Notes: generated by a model not told the origin, from the sequence alone. Positions 10,905 to 22,651 are shown, counted from the first letter of the stretch. The stretch is DNA of 34,256 bases from Octopus bimaculoides (GCF_001194135.2 NC_068981.1:198463286-198497541); one strand, 5' to 3'. A program made the numbers and translations.

Positions 10905-11163
10905 GAGACGTGTAGATTTGTGCTGTATTCAGGAAGTAAGGTGGAGAGAAAGTTCTGCTAGGTTCCTCACAGGTAAAGAACATGAATATTAGATTTTCTG
11001 GATAGGGAACTTTGATGGGGCCGGGGGCGTGGGTATGCTTCTTGCAGAGAAACGGGTTGTTAAGGTAATCAAGGGAGTCAGAGTCTTTAATAGAATACTT
11101 CAGCTCAGCTCAGTGCTGCGACATGGATTAGCAACCATTATCTCGGCCAATGCCCCTCAGCCA
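10905..11163 (+). mobile_element. RTE endonuclease N-terminal fragment
   Basis: RRVDLCCIQEVRWRESSARFLTGKEHEY*IFWIGNFDGAGGVGMLLAEK...ATIISANAPQ (CIQE, GVG and AYAPQ-like motifs). Confidence 0.85.
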
Positions 11164-11180
11164 TTTATATATATATATAT

Positions 11181-12345
11181 ATCATCATCATCATCATCAT
11201 CATCGTTTAACGTCCGCCTTCCATGCTGGCATGGGTTGGACGATTTGACTGGGGTCTGGCGAACCAGATGGCTGCACCAGGCTCCAATCTGATTTGGCAG
11301 AGTTTCTACAGCTGGATGCCCTTCCTAACACCAACCACTCCGAGAGTGTAGTGGGTGCTTTTATGTACCACTGGCACGAAGGCCAGTCAGGAGGTACTGG
11401 CAACGGCCACACTCAAAATGGTGTATTTTACGTGCCACCTGCACAGGAGCCTGTCCAGCGGCATTGGCAACGACCTCGCTTGGATGTTTTTTCATCTACC
11501 ACCAGCACAAGTGCCAGTAAAGCGACGCTGGTAATGATCATGCTCAAATGGTGTTATTCACGTGCCACTGGCATGGAAGCCAAACAGCTGCTCTGGCAAT
11601 GATCACACTCGGTCAGTGCTCGTGCCATCATGATTTTGCTTTCACTTGCCCCAACAGGTCTTCGCAAGCCGAGTTTAGTGTCCGATGAAGAAAAGGTACG
11701 CATAAGTGGACTGGCTACACCCCTGGCAGAGGCCTTGGATTATGGTCTCACTTAGCTTGCCGGGTCTTCTCATACACAGCATATTTCCAAAGGTCTTGGT
11801 CACAAGTCATTGCCTCGGTGAGGCCTAATGTTCAAAGGTCATGCTTCACCACTTTAATCCAGGTCTTCCTGGGTCTACTTCTTCCACAGGTTCCCTCAAC
11901 CACTAGGGTGTGGCACTTTTTCACACAGCTATCCTCGTCCATTCTCGCCACATGTCCATACCAGCACAATCGTCTCTCTTGCACACCACAACTGATGCTT
12001 CTTAGGTTCAACATTTCTCTCAAGGTACTTACACTCTGTTGAGTATGCACACTGAAATTACACATCCATCTGAGCATACTGGCTTCATTCCCTGCGAGAT
12101 TACACACGTCCTTGGCAGTAACGGCCCATGTTTCACTGCCATGTAGCCTGGCTGTTCATACACATGCGTCATACAGTCTGCTTTTTACTCTGAGTGAGGG
12201 TCCCTTTGTCGCCAGCAGAGGTAAGAGCTCTCTAAACTTTGCCCAGGCTATTCTTATTCTAGCAGCTACACTTACAGTGCACCCTCCCCCACTACTAACT
12301 TGGTCACCTAGCTAGCGGAAGCTATCAACTACGTCCAGTTTTTCT
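11181..12345 (-). mobile_element. 5'-truncated RTE LINE: RT C-terminal region, long modular 3' UTR, (GAT)n tail
   Basis: ORF 11832-12107 has MLRWMC...LREML...QERRLCWYGHVARMDEDSCVKKC...GRSRPRKTW. Upstream is DSFR*LGDQVSSGGGC...RIRIAWAKFRELLPLL. (ATC)n at 11181-11203. Confidence 0.92.
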
Positions 12346-12844
12346 CCCTGGAATGTGACAGAAGTTTTCTGCACATTTTCAGTGTTTATTGCTCCTGAAC
12401 ATCAGCCACATACAAAAACATATGCATATATATATCCATATATATTCATATATACATATATATATATATATATATANNNNNNNNNNNNNNNNNNNNNNNN
12501 NNNNNNNNNNNNNNNNNNNNNNNNNNNNNNNNNNNNNNNNNNNNNNNNNNNNNNNNNNNNNNNNNNNNNNNNNNNNNNNNNNNNNNNNNNNNNNNNNNNN
12601 NNNNNNNNNNNNNNNNNNNNNNNNNNNNNNNNNNNNNNNNNNNNNNNNNNNNNNNNNNNNNNNNNNNNNNNNNNNNNNNNNNNNNNNNNNNNNNNNNNNN
12701 NNNNNNNNNNNNNNNNNNNNNNNNNNNNNNNNNNNNNNNNNNNNNNNNNNNNNNNNNNNNNNNNNNNNNNNNNNNNNNTAGCCATACCTGTACATACCAC
12801 ACTACCATACCTGTATATCTGTGTAAAATATCAAATCATCTTTA

Positions 12845-13035
12845 TTTCACGTAAACTTTCCATGGCAGCATGGGTCGGAAGAGTTTTCATGATTCAAGCC
12901 AGTTCTTATTTGCAGTTCTCTTGGGCAAGTAAGAGGACCACATCTTGCTTAGACATTTACTTTTGGCTTGGTTTCTACTGCTGGATGCCCTTCCTAACAC
13001 CAACCACAGAGTAGACTGGATGCATTTTAAGACCA
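12845..13035 (-). mobile_element. Degenerate RTE-type tail fragment
   Basis: TTTCCATGGCAGCATGGGTCGGA and CTGGATGCCCTTCCTAACACCAACCAC match the tail module on the reverse strand. Confidence 0.65.
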
Positions 13036-13341
13036 TGGCAGCAAGATGAAAGGGTTCTCTCAAACCCTTGTCTGACATTCACTCACTCCCTAGAATGACC
13101 TGGGTGGATTTTATGGTGTGACCAACACTTTGTGATGTTGTCTTGTACCACGTTAGGTCAGAGTATTCACCACTCTGCAGGGTCTAGATGTACTCAGGGC
13201 TGCATGGCTGAAGAGGAGAATATTTGTGGCTGTGACATGTCAGACTGTGTTCTGTAAGAATCCCTGTGGGCCATATCAGGCCTGCTGTAATGTTTAGTCA
13301 AACCATCAGCATCATTTTGTAGAAGAAAAAGATTATCAGTA

Positions 13342-13623
13342 TAGGCATAGGAGTGGTTGTGTGGTAAGTAGCTTGTTTACCAACCACATGGTTCCAGGTT
13401 CAGTCCCACTGTGTGGCACCTTGGGCAAGTGTCTTCTACTATAGCCTCAGGCCGACCAAAGCCTTGTGAGTGGGTTTGGTAGACGGAAACTGAAAGAAGC
13501 CTGTCGTATATATGTATGTGTATGTATACGTTTGTGTGTCTGTGGTTGTCCCCCCAACATCGCTTGACAACCGATGCTGGTGTGTTTACATCCCCGTAAC
13601 TTAGCGGTTCAGCAAAAAGAGAC
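13342..13623 (+). mobile_element. tRNA-derived SINE (family B), 3' end lost in gap
   Basis: A-box-like TGGTTGTGTGGTAAG and B-box GGTTCAGTCCC, then CACCTTGGGCAAGTGTCTT and an internal (TA/TG) tract. Second copy at 14357-14700. Confidence 0.85.
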
Positions 13624-14356
13624 NNNNNNNNNNNNNNNNNNNNNNNNNNNNNNNNNNNNNNNNNNNNNNNNNNNNNNNNNNNNNNNNNNNNNNNNNNNNN
13701 NNNNNNNNNNNNNNNNNNNNNNNNNNNNNNNNNNNNNNNNNNNNNNNNNNNNNNNNNNNNNNNNNNNNNNNNNNNNNNNNNNNNNNNNNNNNNNNNNNNN
13801 NNNNNNNNNNNNNNNNNNNNNNNNNNNNNNNNNNNNNNNNNNNNNNNNNNNNNNNNNNNNNNNNNNNNNNNNNNNNNNNNNNNNNNNNNNNNNNNNNNNN
13901 NNNNNNNNNNNNNNNNNNNNNNNNNNNNNNNNNNNNNNNNNNNNNNNNNNNNNNNNNNNNNNNNNNNNNNNNNNNNNNNNNNNNNNNNNNNNNNNNNNNN
14001 NNNNNNNNNNNNNNNNNNNNNNNNNNNNNNNNNNNNNNNNNNNNNNNNNNNNNNNNNNNNNNNNNNNNNNNNNNNNNNNNNNNNNNNNNNNNNNNNNNNN
14101 NNNNNNNNNNNNNNNNNNNNNNNNNNNNNNNNNNNNNNNNNNNNNNNNCTAACACCAACCACTTTACAGAATGTGTTGGTTGCTTTACAGAAAAATATAC
14201 ATTTGGAGAAGGAAGACTATTGACGGCCTCTGAAAGGATGCTTGAGGACTGCATGTGGACCTGAGGGCCGCAGCTGAGAACCTCTGGTTTAGAGTCAAAG
14301 CTCTCACTTGGGTTGTGATGTTTCTCTTTTAATGAAACCTTCTTCCATATCCAAAC

Positions 14357-14700
14357 CTTTTACTTGTTTCAGCCATTAGACTGTGGCCATGCTGGGGCAC
14401 CACCTTGAAGAATTTTAGTCTAATGAATTGAGACCAGGACTTTTTTTTTAAATCCAGGTTCTTATTCTGTCTCTCACTTTTTGCTGAACCACTTAGTTAT
14501 GAGGATGTAAACAGACTAACACTGGTTGTCGAGCAGTGAATAGGACAAACACAAGTGTAAAAATACATGCACATATGACAGGCTTCTTTCAGTTTCCAAG
14601 GCTTTGGTTGGCTTAAAGCTACCATAGAAGACACTTGCCTAAGGTGCCACACAGTGGGACTGAACCCAGAACCATGTGGTTGAGAAGTAAACTTCTTCCA
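14357..14700 (-). mobile_element. tRNA-derived SINE (family B)
   Basis: AGAAGACACTTGCCTAAGGTGCCACACAGTGGGACTGAACCCAGAACCATGTGGTTG is the reverse complement of the head of 13342-13623. Confidence 0.85.
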
Positions 14701-15655
14701 TCTTTCTATCAAACATGGTCTTTTAATGAACTGTACGCTTTCATTTGAACAATTTTAATCACCATTCTCACTCCAAGGCACTTATATAACTTACCGACCA
14801 TATATATACCAGACAGATAAGATTTTGTATGCGTCTCTGCACACAAACTTTGCTAATACCACATATTATCTCTTTCCTTTAATAAAATGGTTATAATGTA
14901 TATTGAACCCTTCAAACATTTACTTTAGCTTTGTGAAAAGCTTTGTGTGTGTGTGTGTGAATAACTGTGTGTGTATCCATCCCGTGAGGTCTGGTTTGTG
15001 CTTTAATCCAGTCTGCAAAGCCAAATTAGTTTGACACCCTGCTCCAGTGACAACACCAAATGAGTAAGAAGTACTTCTTGTAATGTATGCATTTAACTAT
15101 GTGCTCACTGAAACTTCTCGTGGCGACCTATTGACTGAGTATAAAAGACAATGGAATAATGTGAGAGAGGCAAGTGTCCTTCCTTGTTAGGATGCTGTAG
15201 ATGAAGTCAGGTAACACTGATTTCATGTTTTTGTCTGTTGGTGGAAGAAAGTGGGCCAGTGGGCTTGTGAAAATGTATGTATTAGTGACAGGTGTAGTAT
15301 TAATACTGGGAGGTAAAATTCATTGCTGCCATTTTTAGCGGTCAAGTGTCCATCATTGAAAAACCCAAGGAAGGTTGAAATCATGTTATCTGGTGGTCTC
15401 AGTGCTGGAGATGGCAGGGATCTATCTCCCTGATAGCGATATAAACAAGCATGCATTTTGCACCAAAAGCCTAACAAAACATCCACATTTGAGTGGAGAT
15501 AAATATCTCCATTTTGTGTTTGTCAGTTTTGTTGATGGCTTTAGAATGACCAGTTNNNNNNNNNNNNNNNNNNNNNNNNNNNNNNNNNNNNNNNNNNNNN
15601 NNNNNNNNNNNNNNNNNNNNNNNNNNNNNNNNNNNNNNNNNNNNNNNNNNNNNNN

Positions 15656-15676
15656 GTGTGTGTGTGTGTGTGTGTG
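15656..15676. repeat. (GT)n microsatellite abutting gap
   Basis: Direct reading. Confidence 0.95.
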
Positions 15677-15959
15677 TCAGGTCACTCTTGAGTGCTGCTG
15701 GTAACATGTAATCCAGTACAACCTGTTGCATGGTCAAGCCGTCGGCGACTAAACTGGCAACCCTATCAGACTTGCTTGATGAGGAAGGCAAAAGTCTTCT
15801 TGGGCCAATAGGTGGAGGTAGTGCAGTGCAAGCTACACCCACTGAAAATTATTCATCCACACAGGTACTTCCTGTACTCCAATTCTCAGTAAAATCATTT
15901 AATTGGTTGGATAGCAGAAACCTAAAAATGTACTTGTAACTTACTCTAATATGTCTCAG

Positions 15960-16712
15960 ACAGATTCAGTAAATGGCAAAAAAGGCTTGGGAACATCAGG
16001 GGAACAGGTCTGGCTTGGCAGGTGTCCTAGTGTATTACAAGCTGGACCCAGTCATCATCTTGCCACTGTGGTCAAACAATCTCCAAGAAAAAGTAGAAAT
16101 ATGCATCCTTTGAATTTTGTTTGTTAGAATGTGCGCACACTCCTTGATGATAATTTCACAAAGAGGCCAGAAAGGCGTACTGCACTTGTTGCATGTGAGC
16201 TTAAGAAATATTCCCTTGATATAGTTGCACTCTCTGAAACTCGTCTCTCTGGTGAGGGTCAAGTAAATGAACCTACTTCTGGATATATTATCTTTTGGCG
16301 AGGCAGACCTGAGAGTCAGCGTAGAGAATCTGGTGTTGGGTTTGCTCTCAAGAATACATTAGTGTCCTCCATTGCAGAGCTTCCAAGTGGTATATCTGAA
16401 TGGATAATGTCATGCTGTATTAAACTGACAAAAGGTAGGTTTCTTACCATTGTCAGTATTTATTCACCAACAATGTCTCATTCTGATGAAACTGTAGGAC
16501 AGTTTTATGATGATCTAGCACAATTATTGAGGAAAGTACCAATTTCTGATAAGCTGGTCATATTGGGAGATTTCAATGCAAGAGTTGGAAATGACCATGT
16601 TTCATGGTCTGTTTTAGGCCAACAGGGAATTTGAAAATGCAATAGAAATGGAGAAGCTCTTTTGACATTTTGTGCTAAGAATAATCTAGTTGTCACCAAC
16701 ACTCTGTTTAAG
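15960..16712 (+). mobile_element. RTE (BovB-like subgroup) 5' region and endonuclease domain
   Basis: NVRTLLD...RPERRTALVACELKKYSLDIVALSETRLSGEGQVNEPTSGYIIFWRG...ESGVGFA...IVSIYSPT...FYDDL...KLVILGDFNARVG...G..KCNRNGEALLTFCAKNNLVVTNTLFK, with one stop. The 5' UTR may extend to about 15677. Confidence 0.9.
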
Positions 16713-16734
16713 TGAGAGGCATCCACGAATACAG

Positions 16735-17810
16735 TGATGAGTTTAGCGAACATGTAGGGGTTCACCAGGGCTCAGTTCTCAGCCCACTTTTATCCATTAT
16801 AGTCCTCCAGGCCATAACAGAGGAACTCAAGATTGGATGCCCGAGGGAACTGCTATATGCTGATACCTCACTCTTATTGCAGAATCTTTAGTAGAATTGG
16901 AGAAGAAATTCCAGGTATGGAAACAAAACCTGGAATCAAAAGGCCTTAAAGTTAACCTAGCCAAAACAAAAGTGGTTGTTAGTAAGAAAGAAAATAAAAC
17001 TTTCCTTCTGTCAGGTAAATGACTCTGCTCAATATGTAGGAAAGGAGTTGGAAGTAATTCTATTTGTTGCACCTAGTGTAGATTATGGACACATAAGAGG
17101 TTCCAGGGGTTCACAGGTAGATTAACAGATAAAGTCGTCTTTATATGTGGCAGATGTGCAGGAACTATAAGCACTCAGAGCACACGGGGCTTAGATTGTT
17201 TCAAATATCCAGGAGGTTCTCTTGAGGTTGTAGGCAGTTTCTGTTTCCCAAGTGACCAAATTAGCCATGGTGGAGGATGCTCTGGAAGTATTATTTCTAG
17301 AATAAGAATTGGGTGGAGGAAGTTCAGAGAGCCATTACCTCTGTTGGCAACAAAAGGATTCTTTCTCCCAGAGTGAAAGGTAGACTATATGATGCCTGTG
17401 TGTGAACAGCTATATGCCATGGTAGTGAGACATGGGCACTGAATGCATAAGACATGCGTAGACTGGAGAGAAATGAAGGCAGTATGCACCATTGGATGTG
17501 CAACAACAGTGCACATGTAGGACAAAGTGCAAATGTATTGAGAGAAAAGTTGGGCATAAAAGGAGTCAAATGTAGCTTGCAAAAGAGAAGACTACATTGG
17601 TTTGGACATGTGATGTGTAGGAATGAAGACAGCTGCATAAAGAAGTGCTGATCACTGAAAGTGGATGGTGTCCACGGAAGAGGGAGACCCAGGAAGACAT
17701 GGGATGAAGTGGTAAGGACTGATCTCAGGAAGTTGGACCTCATGGAGGAAATGACAATTTACTAAGATGCCTGGCGATATGAAGTTCTTGAGAAGACCCA
17801 GCCATAAACA
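16735..17810 (+). mobile_element. RTE LINE RT core and C-terminus, decayed
   Basis: VGVHQGSVLSPLL.I.VLQAITEELKIGCPRELLYADT, WKQNLESKGLKVNLAKTKV, RIRIGWRKFRE.LPLL, LREKLGIKG...RRLHWFGHV, GRGRPRKTWDEVV. Confidence 0.92.
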
Positions 17811-18591
17811 CTGTGTGTCCCACCCATACATAACAAGAAAACTTCTCACACACCCTAACCCCAACAAACCATCTCTTCCTCACATCTCCTCCTTCATACA
17901 CAATGCCTACCTCCCACTCCCCAATCCTGTCCTCACAGCCCTGTTTCTCTGTATCATTGTTATTCGGGAGCTCCCCCTCTCACACCCACACTCTATACAC
18001 CCAGGTTTTCAACACTTACTTCCCCTCCCCACTCTCTAATTATGCTTCTTCGGTAGTATTCACGAGGGCTGTTTTGGTTGAATCACAGAAATTAGCAAGG
18101 GGAGTGGTATTTGAGAAAACTAGATCACCAAATCCATTTTCTAAATACAACTACACTCCCCCTCCCGCCTCACTCTAGCCTTCATAAATTTTCCCTCTTA
18201 TCCCCCCTCACTACTGCCATATATTAAACCGACAATATCTCTTCCTTTTAATTCCATATTACCATTTACCTGCTTCTCTCTTAGCATTTAAACATTCTTT
18301 TCTGGTATTTCTCCTGCCCCCCCCTCCTACTCATAACCTTACAACTACATACACCTCTCCTACTCCATACTGTAAACATGCTCCCAGCACAAAATATTCA
18401 TCAATCGAAAACCTGTGGTAGCCACCACGATTCTTCTCCATTCACTCTTGCTTTCTTCATGCATAAATACTTTTGTCTCCCCCTTGACTAAAAACATTTC
18501 CCCACCCTCTTCGCCACACATTACCTTTCTAATACCACTCCCCTTGCTAATTTCTGTGATTCGACCAAAGCAGCCCTAGTGAATAATCTTT

Positions 18592-18807
18592 TCTACTCTA
18601 GGCACAAGGACCAAGATTTTTGTGGGAGGTGGGAGCCAATTGATTAGATTAATCTCAGTATGCAACTGGTACTTAATTTATCGACCCCGGAAGCATAAAA
18701 GGCAAAGTTGACCTCACTTGAGTTTGAACTCAGAATATAAAGACAGACGAAATACTGCTAAGCATTTCGCCCGGCGTGCTAACAATTCTGCCCACTCACC
18801 ACCTTAG
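18592..18807 (-). mobile_element. tRNA-derived SINE (family A)
   Basis: CTGGTACTTAATTTATCGACCCC ... GAGTTTGAACTCAGAA ... CTAAGCATTTCGCCCGGCGTGCTAAC is the reverse complement of the 6354 monomer. Confidence 0.88.
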
Positions 18808-19159
18808 CAGCCCTATTGAATACTACCGGACAAGTGATCTTATTCAAATTCCTCATTCCTCTCACTCCCTTATGTTTTTTTGCTTTTTTCTTTCTTTGAA
18901 TTCCTTATTTCTCTCTACATTTATGTTCTGTGCTCTCCTTCTCTGCTCTCCTTCTCTGCTCTCTTCACATTCTGATCAAACCCTCCATGTATTAACATGT
19001 ACCTCCTTATTACAATGCAAAACTTTCATTTAATCCAGATATCCTTGGCCTGACGAGTAGCCTGTGGTATACACCTCGCTTGGACATTTATCACTTCGAG
19101 ATTCTGCTTGTATTGAAACACATGTAGCCTGGATCTTATTCTACTCCATTCTATAAGTT

Positions 19160-19181
19160 TTGTGTGTGTGTGTGTGTGTGT
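19160..19181. repeat. (GT)n microsatellite
   Basis: Direct reading. Confidence 0.95.
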
Positions 19182-19189
19182 GAAAGGCA

Positions 19190-19976
19190 AATTGTGTGTG
19201 AACAGCTATGTTACATGGCAGTGAAACATGGACTGTAACAGTTGAAGACATGCATAGTGTTGAATGAAATGAAGCTAGTATGCTTCACTGGATGTGCAAT
19301 ATCCATGTGCATGTTCGACAGAGTGTAAGCATTTGAGAGGAAAGTTAGGCATAAGAGGCATCAGATATGGTGTACAAGAGAGATGACTGTGCTGGTATGG
19401 TCATGTGATGCATATAGATGAGGACAAATGTGTAAACAAGTGCCGGTTTCTAACTATGGATGGAACCTGTGGTAGAGGTAGACCCAGGAAGACATGGGAC
19501 AAGGTTGTGAAGCATGAGCTTCAAACTTTGAGCCTCACAGAGGCAATGAGTAGTGATTGAGACCTTTGGCAATGTCCTGCGCTTGAAAGGACATATGAAG
19601 CCAAGTGAAATCATGGTTGTAGTTGATGCTGGTGTCACATAACTGGCACACGTGCCAACCTTTCAAGTGTTGGGCCTCACAGAAGTAATGACAGAGAGCT
19701 TTGGCATTATGTCATGCTTAAAAAGAAGAGCCATCAAGCCAAGTAAAATTGCATTCGTGGCAGATACTGGTGTCCTGCAAATGGCACCCATGCTGGTAGC
19801 ACGTAAAAGCACTCATTACACTCTTGGAGGGGTTGGCATTAGGGAAGGCATCCAGCTATAGAAAACCATGCCAAATCAGACTGGAGTCTAGTGCAGCTTT
19901 CCAGCCCTGGTCAAACTGTCCAACCCATGCCAGCTTGGACAACAGACGCTAAATGATGATGATGATGATGATGATA
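19190..19976 (+). mobile_element. 5'-truncated RTE LINE with 3' UTR and (GAT)n tail
   Basis: AMLHGSETW, WYGHVM, GTCGRGRPRKTWDKVVKHELQTLSLTEAM; tail CTGTCCAACCCATGCCAGC...(GAT)n. Confidence 0.9.
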
Positions 19977-19981
19977 TATAT

Positions 19982-20310
19982 ATCATCACTATCATCATCA
20001 TTGTCGTTTAACAACTTTTTTTCCTGCTGGCATGGGTTGGATGGTCTGACCAGGGCTAGTGAGAAAGAAGACTGCACCAAACATCTGTGTCTGTTTTGAC
20101 ATGGTTTTTATGTCTGGATGCTCTTCCTAACTCTGACCACCCCCACAGATTGGATTGACTGCTTTTTATGTGACACCAGCACAAGCAAAGTCAGTTTTGG
20201 CAAGGTTTTTACAGCTGGATGCCCTTCCAAATGGCAACCACTTTACAGTGTGAACTGGATGCTTTTTAAGTGGCACCGGCACTGACAGGGTCATCAAGTA
20301 CCTTGCAAAA
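19982..20310 (-). mobile_element. RTE-type tail fragments (partly duplicated)
   Basis: GCTGGCATGGGTTGGATGGT followed by two copies of CTGGATGC.CTTCC.AA...ACCAC. Confidence 0.7.
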
Positions 20311-21596
20311 CAAGAATCCCTTGAGAAGGGTGGGGAATTGGAGGAGGGGTTCTTGTGTCAAATGATGAAATGTTAGAGAGACAGGAACATGTACCTTGCT
20401 GTAGAGGAGGCACAAGATTACCTGACCTGAGAGATAGGGGAAGAGAGAGAGAGAGAGAGAGGTAACAAGAAATAGAACAGAAACAGGTGTACTGCTGTAA
20501 AGGAGAGGTGTTTATATATATATATATATTGCTATTTGTTTATTTTCAGCAACCTCATCACCAAACCCATTCCTTCCTGGTTCACAGCAGCAACCAACCT
20601 CTATGACACCCAGAACAATTGTGGCATCTGGAGAACATCCTTGCATTAAAATAAGCTTAACAATTGATTCAATTTCTAATGCATCTGTGAGTAAATAGAT
20701 TCATGTAACTTATTTATATTTACTTGTTATTTCTTATCAGTTTTTTTTCCAGCTGGTTCTTCGCCAATTTCGGCTAAGAATTTTTTTTCCTATTATTTAC
20801 CTTTGTTTTCCGGTCTCCCGTGGATGGTGACATTTGCTTTGAAGTCGGTGAGGGAGATGAGCGCGCACACATCCACACCGACTGACTTTCATAATATCAA
20901 TTATATATATATATTTGTGTGTGTGTAGGTAGGAGCCCGATAATATCGTTTGTAAATTCTTGATTGTTTTAACCTGATTTTTTTTTTACTGCGCAAACTG
21001 GTTAGTTAGGTGGTGTGCCCTCGCTTTACCTTCGCCCATTTTGTGACATACGACAGAAATAATTATAAAACAATACAATAAATATGTTTAAGACGTCTAC
21101 AAGTTTTCTTATTTTTATTTTCGTTATCAGTTTACAGATAAAATCAATTACAGAACTCAGTGGTTCTTTGGCCGCTTCTATCATTAATAACTGATAAAAG
21201 TAAGTTACCTCCCCTTGTATCGTCTTAATATTGACAAGTGTCCGTTTTCCGTTTTATTTTTTAGTATAAAATATTTTAAAATAGATGAATCTTCCTAATT
21301 TTTTGCACACTTCATTCATTTTGGATATATTTCCCATTTTCATATATATTTAAAAAAAAATTAGGCGTCATTTTCTTCGAGAGGTGAGTTTCGAAAAGAG
21401 CGTCAGCTGTTTTGGCTGCGATGAATTTTCTGTTTCGGTTTTGTTTTCTTGCTTTCATTTTGACAGCATGAAGGGTCGTGACTTGCACATTTATTAGTTT
21501 TTTATTCACATATATCCTTCTTCCTCTTCCTCCTTTTCTTCTTCTCCATTTTTTTCCTTCCTTTTTTTCTTCTTCTCCCTTTTCTTCTTCTTCTTC

Positions 21597-22114
21597 TATT
21601 GACTGAGCCCATTGTGAAGATAGTCTTGTCACCTTCCTTTGGCCTGCAAGGGCCAACTGTTTTCTTTTTTGCTTGATAGCCTTAGCGAAAGAGGTTGTGT
21701 GGTGAGCCAGGTTGAAAGGGCTGAAGACAGACACTTTCTTCTTTGACTAAGCCCTCCTCAGCTTTTTGAAGCTTCACTTGATAAGGAAAGTGATGGTGGA
21801 GAAGGAAGTTCTGCCCCACCCCCTAACAATGTGAATGTTGCAAGAATGGTCCAAGTGAATGGGTCTACTCTAAGCATACTCCTGTAGACAAAGTGGAGAG
21901 AGCCCTTACTCTGGTGGTCAGGACTCTTGTGGATTTGTAGTGTTTCCACGAGTAGTCCTAGGAGATCCCCACCCCCTTTTCGAGAATCTTGTTATAATCA
22001 ATTGCTTTTCATTATTTATACTGCTTTCATGTAACCCTACATTTTATTTGTCCTGTGTTGCCCACAATGTTTTTCTTAGTGTAAACTCTTTGTGGTCAAT
22101 AAAAAATTATTATT
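21597..22114 (+). mobile_element. Tx1/L1-like non-LTR 3' end (copy 1)
   Basis: LTEPIVKIVLSPSF...LAKEVVW*ARLKGLKTDTF...LLSFLKLHLIRKVMVEKEVL aligns by eye with 23989-24732. AATAAA at about 22098, then an ATT tail. Confidence 0.65.
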
Positions 22115-22643
22115 GAGTGAGAGAGCAGTGCATGTCATCAAAGTGACACTGGGGTAAAATATACGAAGCCGAGTATACCCATCATGACTACCCATCTGAT
22201 AAGGGTACACCAGGCACATGCATCACAACCATATGTGCACGACATGGTGATCTCATATCAAGATAAACAGCACATGACCTTGTAGGTGGAGCTCAGTTAG
22301 AGTTTTCTTCAGGTTGAGTAACCATCCTGCTCAAAAGATCACTGAATAAGGTTTGTTTAAGGATGTTGAACGAAACACCCATGTCTCCAGGGGTGAGTTA
22401 TCCAAACCTCAAAGAATTCCTCTTAAGACATGGCTATGATGCTTCCCAACTACTTCTGCTCGTGATCACAGATGCACATATCAGCCACTAAGGGACGTGT
22501 TCAATTGATTAAGGTAAAACAAATCTGTGGTATTGAGCAGAATATTTGCTGTAGCCCATCTTTTTATACCAAGACAAAACAATGTACATGTTAACACTTC
22601 CAATCAGTTAAGATCAGAAGCCATGAAAGCCACTGCCTGGTAC
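22115..22643. mobile_element. Unclassified interspersed element flanked by TTATTATT direct repeats
   Basis: TTATTATT at 22107-22114 and 22644-22651. No ORF; I recall the sequence as a common octopus repeat. Confidence 0.55.
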
Positions 22644-22651
22644 TTATTATT

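Noticed and set aside
13157-13253. Possible Cys-rich exon (SRCTQGCMAEEENICGCDMSDC) between AG and GTAAGA
   Set aside because: Two frames are open, no recognisable domain, and no supporting neighbouring exons.
14262-14286. Solo hAT-like termini (TGAGAACCTCTG at 14275-14286; GTTTGACACCCTG at 15029-15041)
   Set aside because: No partner TIR or TSD found (one may be hidden in the gap), and too short to call.
15695-15810. Ribozyme upstream of the BovB-like EN (TTGATGAG plus GAAGGC/GTCTTC hairpin; GGTCAAGCC; CTAAACTGG pairing with CCAGT)
   Set aside because: Tried hammerhead, twister and HDV folds by hand. Each lacks essential elements (GAAA; P1/P2; P3/L3/P1.1). A family consensus could still be worth testing.
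16131-16634. Intact or domesticated endonuclease gene
   Set aside because: An in-frame stop interrupts the domain at 16634, and there is no evidence of splicing or of a complete ORF2.
21312-21734. 140-aa minus-strand ORF with E/K/R-rich stretch
   Set aside because: Built from a (CTT)-type low-complexity tract and the antisense strand of a Tx1-like fragment.
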